64,000 nucleotides of DNA, from assembly GCA_000320545.1 (NCBI GenBank), contig ADNK01000904.1:120861-184860 (forward strand), in the 5' to 3' direction. The stretch comes from Bigelowiella natans CCMP2755. Lineage: Eukaryota > Protista > Cercozoa. Shown here piece after piece: positions 25,919-39,236 of this stretch. The notes below the pieces were generated by a model, which worked only from the letters and a program-made list of their open reading frames with translations, ran no database searches and was not told the DNA's origin. How positions within the stretch are numbered: the first letter of the stretch is position 1; each line of letters begins with the position of its first letter. A program made the translations under genes and the position numbers.

Positions 25919-28593
25919 ATGCCACCGACAAGTGGCCTCCGCAAAGGGAGAGGGGGGGACTTCTTTGCCGCTTCTCCATGTGTTACTTTCTACCGAAATG
26001 GATTTTTGCTAGGTTGGTTCTTACTGGCTATAGCTGGGCTTGGAATGCTCATTCGACTCTCCCTTCCCCAGCATAGTAGTAGTATATCACCAGTTCCAAA
26101 AATGATGTTGCCCCGTAAATCGCGATTGGGGATGCGAATGATCCAGAGACGATGCAGAGGAGGCCCTATAACTTTAGGTTCTATCTCTTCTCCGATTCTG
26201 CGAAACCGAGTTGCGAATTCAGTAGCTTCGTCTGTAACGATGCACGCGGTTAGGGAGTCAGTCGACAGACATCAATTGGTCCAAGAGGAGGCGAAGATGA
26301 GGGAAACAGAGGACAAGTTACTCCGCAAGCTGGCTACGAGCACCAAAAACATACCAACTTCGGTTGGTTCAGCTGAAGGTTGTGCCGGTCTCTCTGCAGA
26401 CCAAATCCGGATCGCTATGGAAAGTGCCAGTTCCATTCTCAAAGAGCTCCCCAATGCCGCCGCCCCGAACACAGCCCCTCCCACATTGGTTTCCTTACAC
26501 CTCCAGGTAGACCCTATGCCATGGTGGTCCCCGGAGAAATCGCAACTTGCTCTATCCATAGCCCAAATGTGTGCAGAGCCTTCTGCTATCACAACCGTTA
26601 CCGCAGGCGGTGCTATTGAACAAACCACGCCTCGAAACGTAGCATTCCTTTTCCCTGAGGGAGCTGATCTGTCTCATCACTGCGGCCCCGAAGGCGCTTT
26701 CGGAGCACGCGTCAAGATAGGGCACTACCCTGTCCTCTCGGCGTTCGGCAACTCTGAGATTTCTTTGCAGACGGCTCTGCGAAATAGCATAGAGGATGCA
26801 GAGGTAGTATTTGTGTTGGCGCCTGAGATCAACTCGGTTGGGGGCATAGAAGCACTGGCCTCTCTGTGTGCTGCCCCAGGTCGCCACGTAGTGGTGATAG
26901 ACGGTAAGTTTCCTGCCTCGCTTCCAACGGAGCAGTTAGGAAGGCAGGTTAGGGCTCGAGCGAAAGAGTGCTTTCCTGGAGGGGTCATGAGGATGCAAGT
27001 CGTGGTCGAAGCCATGGCTCTTAAGGGAGGCGTGGAAGATATGGAGGAGATCTACTACACCGAGTTTGACACTGCACCGCCAAAAGGCAAAGGCGAGCTC
27101 TACGAGCTGCCTCGATGGCTGAAGGAGGCAGGGTAATGTTGCTCAGATCTCAGACTTTCCTATGCAGCTATCATCAGCATTGCTTCCATGCCAGTTTCGC
27201 TACATCATCACCGCCCTCTTCGTGGTGGGTGTTTATACTATTCTTGCAGGTATAAAGGTACTGGAAATCTGGCTATAACAGGGAACTCGGGGACGGGCAA
27301 GTCTTCCCTTAATAATGCTGTGAGAGGTACGTGAATACACCATATTTCCTTCTTGACTTAAACAGAGGAGGAGGATGAGGAGAAGGAGGAGATTTATCCC
27401 TCTAACGCTTTCTCTCTCTCTTTCTCTCTTCCTCTCTACCTCTATCTTTTTAGCGTCGTCGCAGGATAAAACTCATCACTGTCGAGTTTGATTTGATTGA
27501 ACAAATTGCTGTTGTCTTTGTCGTTGATTCTCGCTCATGTAGGCTTGAAGCCCCGAGACAACAACGCAGCGGCTGTAGGCGTTAAGGAGACCACGCTAGA
27601 ACCTACGGGCTATACGTTTCCTGCGACTTTCATCGGTTCACACCTATACATTAGATGGGGTGTTCTTACATGTAGTTGCGATTAATTCTGCTTTCCTTGT
27701 GTACAGATGAAAGCAGGAGAGGTGTCGAGCTGAAGCTATGGGATCTTCCCGGGGCAGGAACACCGAGGTTTCCTCTGGTAGTATCAACCATTTCAATTGT
27801 AAAGTACACGTATACGTGTGATGGATAAAGCAAACAATTCTCATATAGAGGGTGATTTGTAAGCTCTTTCAAACAAAGGGGGATATCGGTGCCTCTGTCC
27901 AATGTCATAATGATGTGCATGTTCGTTGGCCTAATAAAAAGAGGAGGAAGAAGGGGAAAGGAAAACAAACTTAATTTTAATTTTCTTCATCTTTCTCTCA
28001 CTCCTCTTCGCATTCAATCACTTCACTGAATCTATGTATTGAATTATCAATTTACAATCAGGCAAACTACATCCGCAAGATGGGTATTCGCTTCTTCGAC
28101 CTTGTCGTTGTCGTAGCTGCACAAAGATTTACAGAGACTGACCTAGCCCTGATGGACGAACTTCGTGAAAACGGAGTTCCTTTCGTGGCAGTGAGAAGCA
28201 AAATTGATCTGGAGGTGACGTATTGCACATACATGATAAGTTTAGTATGGTTTTGAAAGCAATTTTCTATACGATCCTACACCTTTTTATGCTACCATGC
28301 TGAGGACTGGGCTGCTCTATTATGAAATACAAATTGCATAGGTTCGCAATGCTGAGCAAGATAGTGGTGTTCAAGCCGAGGATGTTCTGGAGCAAATCCG
28401 ATCCGATATTCGTAGGAACTCATTACTTACAGATGACAGAATATTCCTCCTGTCGAGTCGGCGTGCGACTGAATATGACTTCCAACGCTTTTTGGACTCT
28501 GTTCGAATGTCCCTAAGACGAGCTTTAGACATCAAGCTTGCGCGTGCAATGAACCGAGAGATAGACGTTCGGATACTTCATAGGGCAATTTGA
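25919..28593 (+). CDS. IRG/IIGP-type (interferon-inducible p47-like) GTPase with a bipartite leader and an N-terminal DUF1995-like domain
   Basis: 1.2-kb first exon, then exons giving G1 LAITGNSGTGKSSLNNAVRG, G2 AAAVGVKETT, G3 LWDLPGAGTPRFP, YIRKMGIRFFDL..RFTETD, G4 VRSKID and G5 IFLLSS..YDF. These are IRG-family signatures. Stop TGA at 28591-28593. Confidence 0.85.
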
Positions 28594-29561
28594 AAAAGCA
28601 GGTGTTGCTAGTAATGTGTGCCAGCTACAATATCCTGCTCATTCACGTAGTCTTTGCGTGTGGACCACCAATCCTTATTTACATGCTAGCATGGGGAAAA
28701 GAGGAAAGATAGCGACCCCTGCTGAAAAATACAGGAGATTCAAAGAATTATGCGTGGTAGACTATATGCCACTCATACCAGAATGTACGCATGCTGTGTA
28801 GCTGCACATACTCTAGCACTGTCGTGAACACATGCTCACGTACCTACATATTTGTGCACATGTACCACGTATACACGCATGCATGTCATGCACAAACGCA
28901 CGGTACGTGTGTACTTGTGTGCATCAGATACAACGTATAAACGATATATTATTAGCGCTCTAGCCGTTGCTCTGCATTGCTACATTAGGATGGGCATTGA
29001 GAAAATTTAATCATGTCATTTACTCGTCCGTCAAGCTAATAAAGGTGTCTGCAAGATGTTTGCATTGCTCGTTTGCAAATCAGCTACATCATGTCAGGAC
29101 GGACATTGGAAAAATGCGATTTTTTTATCACACGCGACTATTACAATTGCCGTGCGGGCGCCATATTGTTTCTGGCACGCATCATCTATAAAATCGCGCG
29201 CGCATGCGGGGACAGGAAATTGACGTGAACAATAGGTAATCATATACGATCCTACATCAAGCTGCTTCGATTCTTCAAGAAACTCGAATTCACACGCCAA
29301 CCATAATGGTGGAAGATATATAAAATGATGTCTAATCTATTAATTTTTCCATTGCCCTGAAGGCTTTTTCGCGGCTTCAGCATGATAAGCCGAAGGTGTC
29401 ACCGTATCAGTAATAGTGGCAGGAGAATATTATATATCTCACCTTCACATTTCTACACTATAGACTACTAATTTTACACATTACATTTTTTCAATTAAGG
29501 CCATTGCCTCCTCTCATATCATTCTGTGTGAAGCAACCACTCATCTTCTGAAATGATAAGT

Positions 29562-29596
<35 letters not shown>

Positions 29597-29607
29597 GTAA
29601 TATTATG

Positions 29608-30146
29608 TTATATATTGTTCTTTTCTGCCCGAACTCGCCCTGTGCGCTGAACACCGACGATGTGTTTCTTCATGGTTAGTATGTGTTGCTTTCCTTGGAG
29701 CTTCTGCCCGCTTCTGCTACTATTAATCATTATTCTCTTGGTTGTCGACCCCCCAATTCCCTCTTCAACACGGCCTTAATATGTAGTTATTGTTGCCATT
29801 ATTGTAACTACAATTATTTTAATATTAAACTTGTGGTCTTGACCCCGTTAGGATTGCCAAAGCTCATGTGTGCGGCGGGAAGCTGCAACGTAACAGGCCC
29901 ACTACTTGGATCCTCATCCATCTTTCCTTTCCGCCCCCTGCCAGTTTTCTTCGGAGCCCTTTTTGTCGTCTTGCGCTTCGTCTCTGCCTTTGTTTTCTTG
30001 GGTCTTTTCTCCTTAGGATCCTTGCGAGAATTCTTGCGACCGCTTTGGGATTGCCTACCGGATTTGCCTGTTGCAGATTTAGCTGATGCGTTGTACTTGC
30101 CCATGCCATTCATCATACCCGCCCCGTAGGCCTTACCAGTGGCCGC

Positions 30147-30188
<42 letters not shown>

Positions 30189-31294
30189 TTTAGACATCAT
30201 TGGCTGCCTTTGCATGTTGACTCGATTCTGCATTGCATGCTGCTTCTGTAAAGCAGCTTTTTGCATCGCCTTCGATGAACCCTTCCCTTTTCCTACAGAG
30301 TTCTTGCCCCCCGATGTCTTCCTTGTTGAGCCTTTCACTGTCGAGCTCTTGGACTTGCTATCCTTTCGGGCGTGATCTGTTTTCCCTGCCTCCTTCTTCT
30401 TGCTCAGACTGTTCTTCGAGGCGCCTGCAGCTTTCGCGTTGGCAACACTGCCCGACATTGCTGCCGGATTGTACTGCTGCAACAGTGGTGGTACCTTCTC
30501 TTCAACTTCGTGAATGCTGAAAGGATTCACCCCTTGAGGTATAGAGACATTAGATTGACTGATGAGGCTTTGATAATGCCGTATTCGCTCGCCTTTCCAC
30601 CGGTTATATAGAGATACGTTCCTGCGCTCTGGCTTGATCATGCCTGAACCACGGTGAAATCTTGACCCCTTTGGAATCCCCAAGGGAGCTACATGTCGTG
30701 GCTGGCTTATCCGCTCCGCCTGCGACGCTATCTGTTTTTTCATTCTTTTGCACCGCTCGGAGTGTGCAGCAAAGGCGTTCATTTTGACGCGTTTCTTACA
30801 GTCCAAACACTGGACCAGCACGACAGGCTGAAGCATCGGCTTTAAAGGGAACACAACGCTTTCGTCGAAATTACTGGAGCCTTCATGGTAGTTTCCATTG
30901 CAAACCTTCAGGCCTGGTCCATCTTCATCTCTTTCATATTGAATAAGGCTCGGATACATGTCTCTCCATCGTTTGCCGGCAAATGTTTCCAGCAAAGAGC
31001 ATTTCTTCCGCTTCCGCGAGGAAGAAAGTGAAGGAGTGGGATTATGATTAGATTCCATGACTGTTTCTCCTGACAACTCTATGATTTTTTTTAAGTCAAC
31101 TGGTGCAGTTTTCAGTTGCTTTCTGGGGGGGGACGGCAACCAGAGCGGAAACTTTTTAAACTCACCAAAATTCCCGAAGTTTTTATCTGAATAGCAAACC
31201 AAAGACAATATTAATCTGCGACATCAAATTAACAAGTCGTACATTCTAATATGTGTCTCATTTTGGCGTCACCCTCAGCAGAGTAGCTCCACAT
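29608..31294 (-). CDS. ATXN7/Sgf73-like zinc-finger protein (putative SAGA deubiquitination-module subunit), 3 exons
   Basis: Splice phases are consistent for MWSYSAE|DKNF..(ORF 29814-31208)..TT|SRVEEG..NNI*. The segment VFPLKPMLQPVVLVQCLDCKKRVKMNAFAAHSERC resembles the N-terminal zinc finger of ataxin-7/Sgf73. K-rich NLS-like tail and a poly-Ala tract. No SCA7 domain recognised. Confidence 0.55.
30142..30187. repeat. Coding (GCA)n microsatellite giving the poly-Ala tract of the ATXN7-like gene
   Basis: GCAGCA... run, read as GCT codons on the minus strand. Confidence 0.85.
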
Positions 31295-31584
31295 CCTCTG
31301 AAGAGTCTGCGGAGACTTGTGTTTTGATTCCTCCCGCCCTTCTTCACCAACAGAAAGCCATGGATTACGAAGTTCACTCGATGAAATATATACCAAATTC
31401 CGTTACTCAGCGGGAGGGAACGAGCCTCCGAGCTGGTTTTTATAGTATCAAAGTAGGCAGTTTTTGACCCATCGACAACGTATTTTGGGGCTGAAATTTG
31501 AAATTTGAAAGTTTGGGATTCGTAATCTTCAAAACCCAACTCCCTTAACGAACACACCTCTCAACAACGCAGTCCTTCGACCCT

Positions 31585-34500
31585 ATGGATAGGCTGAACC
31601 GCATCCTTGGCCACCTAAAGAATGGAGAGACTGATAACACGGAACATATCATGGCTTCAGGAATAGCGATAGAGGTCAGTAGCGATTTAAAATTATGTTC
31701 CCCAACAGATATAACACTCGCTGTTCAACAATCAGAACGCTGTAGACAAAGTGGCGAAGTTCGCTGTAGACAAAGTGGCGAAGTTCGAATTATTCAAAGT
31801 ACCACCGAGGTCCAATGCTTAGCAATATTAAAACCGTTATGGGTTTTCATGTGAATACGTGAGTCTAGTTTTTACACAGCACGCACATAATCTAAAGAAT
31901 GTAATCGTAAATAATAATCCAGATGGGTCTTCCTGCGGCTCGAAACCGAGAATGGAATTGTAGGGTGGGGAGAGCCAAATTGCGAGGTGACCGTTGTTCG
32001 ATCTTATCGTTGTTGCCAACATGCACTTCGGAAGAGGTTTGGAGTTTCCATCCAAAAGTTGAAGTATTCGTTGAAAAATTGCAGGGATATTCCGATACGG
32101 TTATGGCAGCCGTTAAACAGCTCATGGAACTGGTTATTGGTGAGCAAAGTAAAACAAATGGCGATTCTCTCTGCTCTAACTCTAACTTTATATTAGGGGA
32201 GGATCCTGCGCGCATACAGTATATTTGGCAAAAAGTATATCGACAGAAGTTCTACTCCACCGGTGGGGGGCCAATAATAATGAGCGCTCTGGCAGGTCGT
32301 CCCTCGCCCCATCCTTATTTAGATTTTGAACCCATCCTAATTATTATCACTGTCATAATTTTCGATATCGCCGTCATCATATCCTGGTTGTTGATAAGAT
32401 TCTGTACCGGGGTTAAAAATAAGGCATTGATCAAGCACTTTGGGACATAGCAGGGAAAGTTCTCAGAGCGCCCATCCATAGAGTAAATAATAGTCATAGT
32501 AGCAGCAGCAGCAGCAGTAGTAGTAGTAGTGTTCTTTTATTCTTTCCGCCAGATTCAATCTAACTTGCATGGTTTGATCTCAATTAACATCGCATCAATG
32601 AACAGAGTCAGCAGAGAACTTCTGTGAATGCACTGCATCTTCCCCACTTAATAAATCCATATTTTACAGTTACTGGGAGGTGCTGTTCGTGACCGGCTGT
32701 TAGTATATCGCTGGTGTGGAGGTGAGTAAGCTAGCTGCGACAAGCCTTCCTCGATTGCAACACTTGAAAAGTCCAAGAGGGTAGAAAAAGAAAGAGATGT
32801 AGTAGGGAGAGGGCCACAGAACGAGAGAGGAAGAGTGAAAGAAGAGAAAGATAGAATAAGGACGGAAGAGCTGACCAAAAGGAGCAGAATAATACACGTT
32901 TAATGCTAGGAATGATACTCTCTTTTGTCGGCTGAGCACGTGGTTGCTGTCTGTCGTCTATTTGTGAATAAAAGGGGACATGGACAGTCCTGGGGACACC
33001 GCACGGGAAGCCAAACGACTCATTCAGAACTCAAAGTTGTCCTAAAATCATCCCATAAACTAGTATACGACTATTCATCCTCTACCAATTTGTGAGGAAG
33101 CTATGCTCTCTCTCTCTCTCTCTCTGCATGCTAACCATGCTTATATAAACACTCTAAGCTGAACTCGCTTGTTACCGTCATCTTCCTTTTGTTGCTCTTC
33201 GTTCTTTCCCCTCTTCTTCTATATCCTCGTCCAAAATTCTAATAATTCAGTTTCAAGTTGATCAAAATGAATGCATGCCCCAAGATGCCTTTCGTGGTCA
33301 GTCGGGACCTCACTTAGTGAAGAGAGCAGTAGTATAGTATTGCGAAGAAATTTACCCACATCTTATATTTTTTAAGATAATTTATCAGGCAGCATCTCCC
33401 ACTTACAACTTATTATTCACAACTGATGGTGCTGACTACAAAGGACACGGAATTGGCGGTGGAGCGAGCCGCAAAGCGTCTCAAAGCCGTCCGGTCATCT
33501 ATCACTGAAGAACAACGAGAATCTAATCAATAAACTCAATTCTCTGCCTCGTTGCTGTAATAGCAGTGCACGAGTGCTTCACTCACACATACGTGCCGAG
33601 GTCTTCCTTCGTGAGCTGTATATGCATGTTTGCATGGTTTCCATGTTAAATATATGTGCAGGGAGGCAGTTGGCCCAGATGTAGGAATCGGCTTGGATTT
33701 TCACGGAAGGGTCAAGGTGACAGCATCATAATAAACTTATACTTGTAAAGTGTCGCGCGCACTCAGCCAGCGGCATTTCTTCTTGAAGCCTTGTTATTTG
33801 CATTAATCTGTTAAGGTTTGCGACGTCATTCTCCATTCCTACCTCCCTAGTGTCATTTGCGTGATCGTTGTTAGGTACCAACGGCGAAGAAACTGATGAA
33901 GGCGCTCGAGCCTTACAACCCACTTTTCTTTGAGGAGCCGGTGTGATGCTCTTTCCCTCTCTCCATCTCCCTGCTTGCCTGTTTATTGTTTTCTTATTTT
34001 TGCCGCAAGGCTAGCACATACACAAACTACAACAAGTATCTCACTGCACAATAAACAAGGTTGTCCCAGAGCAAAACGCCGCACTAAAGTCCTTGAGTGC
34101 TGCCACACATATTCCAATTGCTACTGGAGAGGTGCGTGTGGCTACTAATAACAAATTAGCTCAACGGCTGGCCGACTGGCTAAACTGGAAAATGGAAAAA
34201 AGTGCGCGTAATTGCAACAGCGCACAAGCGATATAACCTATATATAATGAATTCATCTACCGTTCATCTTATGCGTTCTTAGCGAATGTACACTGCTGGC
34301 GAGTTTCGTGATCTTCTCAGCGCACGCTCGGCTCACATTTTGCAACCAGACTGCAGGTGCTTGGCCTTCGACTTGCTAGTGTGAAAAGAGGGTTACTACT
34401 ACTTGCGATGAGAGAGTGATGAAAGTGCTACTGCAATACTATTTTGTGTGTTATTATGATAACCATGCTGTCCACTTTTCGCAGAATAGGAAGCTTAAAT

Positions 34501-34668
34501 ACTTTCCATTGTTATTGCTGCTTGAATATTACGCGCATATTTATTGCAACCTCCCAAGTGATTCATTGTGTGTTTCTACAGCCATGTGGGAGGGATCTCC
34601 GCATTGTTTCAGATATCACGGATGGCCGAAGCTTACGATGTGATGTTAAATAGATCTTCATGCAATAG

Positions 34669-34733
<65 letters not shown>

Positions 34734-35923
34734 CTATCTCTCTCTCTCTTTCCCTTTGCCTGTCTACATGCTTGTCCTTTCAAATCTGCCCTACTTATCG
34801 TGTATCATCTTCCCTCGTATTGTGATTTTCTCAATGCCTCTATTCTCCATCGTTGTCCATCGTTGATCATTCAGGTTGCAATGGCCCCACATTGTCCATT
34901 AGGGCCTATAGCCCTTGCTGCATGCATTCAGGTTGTACTAGCCACCATACGTCAATCGTATTGGCATTGATGATATTGACTAACGTGAGGCACAACTCAT
35001 GAAATCTGGTAAAACTGAATGGCATAATGTATTTTCTTGTAGGTGGATGCTTGCGCCGCCAATTTTGCATTCCAGGAAACTTCTATTGGAATCCACTACA
35101 ACAAGGTGACAGTAGACGTAGTAGTAGTGGCTAAGGTTTAACATTGCGTCATATAAACACACAGTGCATCGAAGAGAGTCTAGCTCTCATCAATTTCATT
35201 GATCTCATAGGATTTCATTCTATTATTATCTTTCCTCTTCTTCTGTTATTCCTCCCCTCATTGTTTTTCGCCCTTAAACACACGCATCCCTAGGAAGGAG
35301 GTTCTGACGAGGTGAAGACTGGCCGATGTAGTCTGCTCCGATTCGTCAAGAATCCAGAGGTCTCTCGATAATTGCTTGAGTTTGGTCGTGTGTGTGAAAT
35401 TTCCAACTTGAGCGTGACTTTGCACTCCTTTCCAGATTTTCGATGTCGACAAGGACGGCTGCATGCGCACGCCTTCAGGATACGGCTTAGGGGTGCGTCT
35501 CATCTCTGATCTCTAAGGGCCTTGCACCTCACAACATCCGTATCTTTTGTTGGTTTACAATAAGCTTGAGGAATGGAAACGTGTGTGTATTAATATGGCT
35601 ATGTTCGAATATTGCACCGAACTTTTGCTGATATGAACCAGGTCCAAATTGACGAGTCTGAAGTCCGCAGGGCTGCTGCTAAAGGCCATGATTACAAGGT
35701 GCTCTCCCGCATCTACGTTGTCATAGTTTCCAGCACTAACTCCACATGAATTTCGCGGTTCTGATATCACTTAAACGAGGATATTATGGTTCGTTTGACC
35801 TTAGTGTTATGGGGACAAATGCAGACTTCTTTGTACTTAATCTAAGTTGAAATCATCGTATTCAATGGAATTCTGTAGGACAGAGAATGGACGCTCCAAG
35901 ATGGCACTCCAACGCGGTGGTGA
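31585..35923 (+). CDS. dgoD: D-galactonate dehydratase (enolase superfamily, mandelate racemase subgroup) with N-terminal PTS2; about 20 exons
   Basis: Splices in frame throughout: [145 protein letters not shown]. Confidence 0.93.
31738..31787 (+). repeat. Perfect 24-bp tandem duplication inside dgoD exon 2
   Basis: CGCTGTAGACAAAGTGGCGAAGTT occurs twice, followed by CG. It encodes AVDKVAKF twice in frame. Confidence 0.95.
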
Positions 35924-36763
35924 TAGGCTATCGCGATGGTGTATAATTTGCAGCTCAACCGTTGTTAGAAAACGAATTCCCAGCTTTTTCCATAAGCACA
36001 TGCAACTTTTATGCGATCTATAACATTTCACACGCAGCAGTAGCGAATGTACTATGATTCGTATCGGTCCTTTCTATTTTTTGTAGACATGCTCAACATC
36101 TGATTTCTCGGACATGCGTGGTAGTTTGGGGCTGAGACGACAGCAGATGCTAGAATTGTGCATCAAATCTCTCGGCATGTATGGCTTGTAGTATGAAATA
36201 GGCAGCGAGTAAGCTGGGCATGCAGTACGGGCGCCCGCGCGCATGGCGTTCGCTGATTTGGTGTCAATTGATTTCGCAGAGCGACCCACTTCTGATTGAA
36301 GCAAAGTGGATAGTAGTAGTGTATTCCGCATATCTTTGCCATTTGTAACAGCTGCAGAAGCTATGTTTATGTTTCTCCCAAATGACGTCCTCAAGCAACA
36401 CACACACACACATGCATGTTCCTGTTCTTCCGAAGGCGCTCCGGAGCTCCGAAGAAGCAAGTTGACGTTCTGTTGATTGACAGCGTTTTGCCGTTGCGAC
36501 TGCGCTAAAAATGGAAAAAATCGCTCCAACTGCGCTTTTTACACAAAATGCGACAACAACAAAACCATGTCGCAGCGAAGAAATCGGTCCTACGACAACT
36601 GGCAAGCTCGACAGTATTCTGCCCATCTGACACGGGCACAAACCACCATCGGAAAGGAAAGAGGGGGGGAACAACGGCTACTCCTGCCAGGATAGTCAAT
36701 TACTGGCGATCCCTGCCGAGGAAAAACGCCATCCTCTGGTCTCTTTTCTCGTTGTTGCTTGTC

Positions 36764-37582
36764 ATGGACAGCAACGCAACGAAGGAAGCTGATGTGCTCG
36801 TCTTAGGGGGTAAGAAGAACTCCCTCTCTGTTCTCATCTCTCTCTCTCTCTCTCTCCCTCTCTCTATCTATCTATCGATCTAAAGTGGTTTTTGATTGTA
36901 CGTGTGTGTTTGTTGTGGATGCACGGTAATCAGATGGCAACTTTTCCTTCTCTCGGGCATACGCCAAACGATACCCGCACCACCGTGTCGTAGCCACGAG
37001 CGTCGATACAAAGGACGCGCTGCGGGAAAAGTACAGGGAATTCGATCGGATCGTCTCAAAGCTAGAAGATCTTGGCGTGCAGATACAGGTACAGTGCCCT
37101 GGGACATGGAGGATATTAAAAGGGATGTGGGCTGTTGCTTTCGCTGAGCCACTCTGCTCTGAACCCGGCCATCCTATCAGCTTATGTATACCTCTGCACA
37201 GCTGCATGTTACGATTACACGATTTGACTATTTGAAACTAATTGCGAATGCAGTAAAGCATGCACATACGCTATTCCTCAGTGCATCTAACTTTACCTGC
37301 CTGCCTCAGTATGAAGTGGATGCTACAGACGTTCAAGGCACGCTCCAAGAAACACTTCACACACCCTCTTCTTCGTGCGGCCGATCCTTCTCTTCTGCAA
37401 CAACCCTAACAGCAACTGAAGCAACGAAAAACCCCATACCATCTTCTCGTCGGTCCCAACCCCATTCAGCCTCCACTCAGCTCTTCGACCTCATCATCTT
37501 CAACTTCCCGCACCTAGGAGTAGAGGACCTCCAAGCACACCGGTAAAGCATTACTGCTACTAATAATACAACTATTACTACT

Positions 37583-37620
<38 letters not shown>

Positions 37621-39204
37621 CTAAGACTATGACTACGACAGCCACCACTATCTGTAGCGATTGGTCATCCCACTGCTCCTGCTATTCATTAGATACCTCG
37701 AGCGATTGATTTCCTGCTATTGCTCCTTGTGTTGTGTAAATGATGTGTGCACTGCTGAATCAGTTCGTACTTTGTTGCGTGTGTCGGTCAATCCATAGGC
37801 ATCTTCTCAGCCACTTTCTCGACTCCGCAAGACGACAGCTAAAAAATAAACCAACTGCACGAGTGCACGTTGCATTAACGCTGGATCAGGTCTCCTCCTG
37901 AACAAGTCGCCACTATTTGTCTCGCTTGTGTCGTGATACGGGTTTGCTTCTCCATGATGAACAGGCCAATGGATGGGAGCTACGCGAACAGGCCATTCGA
38001 GCAGGTTTGATTGCGCACAAGGATCAATGCCACACCGATGTCGCAAGTGTGCCACTCACACTCGAGTGTGATTATAATGAGCATGTAACGGTGGTCTTTG
38101 CCCTGTAAACAATATTGTGTTTGTCCTTGTGCTAAAAACAAACAATTATCGGTGTTTCATGCTCCTCTCGTCGTCGTCATGATCACGATAATCATCATCA
38201 TCATCATAATCATCATCATCAAAAAGAGGGGGAGACGATGATAAGCAAATTCTTTCTGATACTTCAGGGATGCATATCGCCGGATCTAGCGCATTTAAGC
38301 CGTCGGATTGGCCTGGGTACGAATGCAAGCGCCATCAGGTACTACTACAGCACTACTACTAGCTCTAGTAGTAGTGCTTACGATAGCATGATTGTATTGT
38401 TTCAGGGGGGGGGGATAGCTTTCCACTGCAGCATAGCATCTTCTCTCACATTTTCATTTCTTCACCTCATTCTTATTCTCCTTCCTCGCTTTGCTGTTTT
38501 GACACAATTCCCATCATAACGTAGGTGAATAGATCGTTTCCGTTGGAAAGAGCCTTTATTTATGCACTTTTAGTAGCATCTGCGTCCTCCCCCTCTTCCT
38601 CTGGGCGACCCTATAATGCGGAACAAAGACGAAGAGGTGCGGCAGCCACTACTGCTGACATTGATGATAACAATGTCAATGGTTGTAAAGCTCAAGTTCA
38701 GGGGGAAATATTGCACAAAAAGCAACAGGACGTTGTGTCTCCTCCTCCTCCTCCTCCTCCTCCTCCTCCTTCATCGTCTTCGTCTTCTTCTTACGTGGCT
38801 CCTCCCTCTTCGATGGTGGAAGAAAATAATGCCAAGAAGAAAACCAACCTCGATGCAGCAGAGAAGAAGAAGCTGGGGTGTCCTCATTGCACACGACAGG
38901 TAACGTATCAGCAGCATTTTCACGCCTCAATCAAAGCGCTTGGTACGCATGAATTCGGTGACTGGCCTGTGGAGGCAAAATGCCTTTTGTTATTGCGTTC
39001 TCTATCGATGCTGTTTGCTGGATCGATGATGAAATGGCCACCAACTGACGTGTTGCTTTCTTAGTTCACATGCAAGAGGGAAGTCGCAAACCACGTGCTA
39101 GATGTGCACACGACAAGGCCTTCCTTCGTGCCCCAGGTTGGTGGGTTTCTTTGGACCGCAGCGGGAGGGAGGGGGATACCAGCAATGAGAATAGGAATGT
39201 ATGC

Positions 39205-39236
<32 letters not shown>

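Noticed and set aside
1-35923. Carbohydrate gene cluster (GH16, O-fucosyltransferase, oxygenase, dgoD)
   Set aside because: The genes are interspersed with unrelated ones and predicted to act in different compartments, with no shared pathway evident.
36074-36699. Overlapping 64-151 aa ORFs between dgoD and the BMT5-like gene
   Set aside because: No recognisable motifs. Local TpA depletion lowers stop-codon frequency and inflates ORF length.
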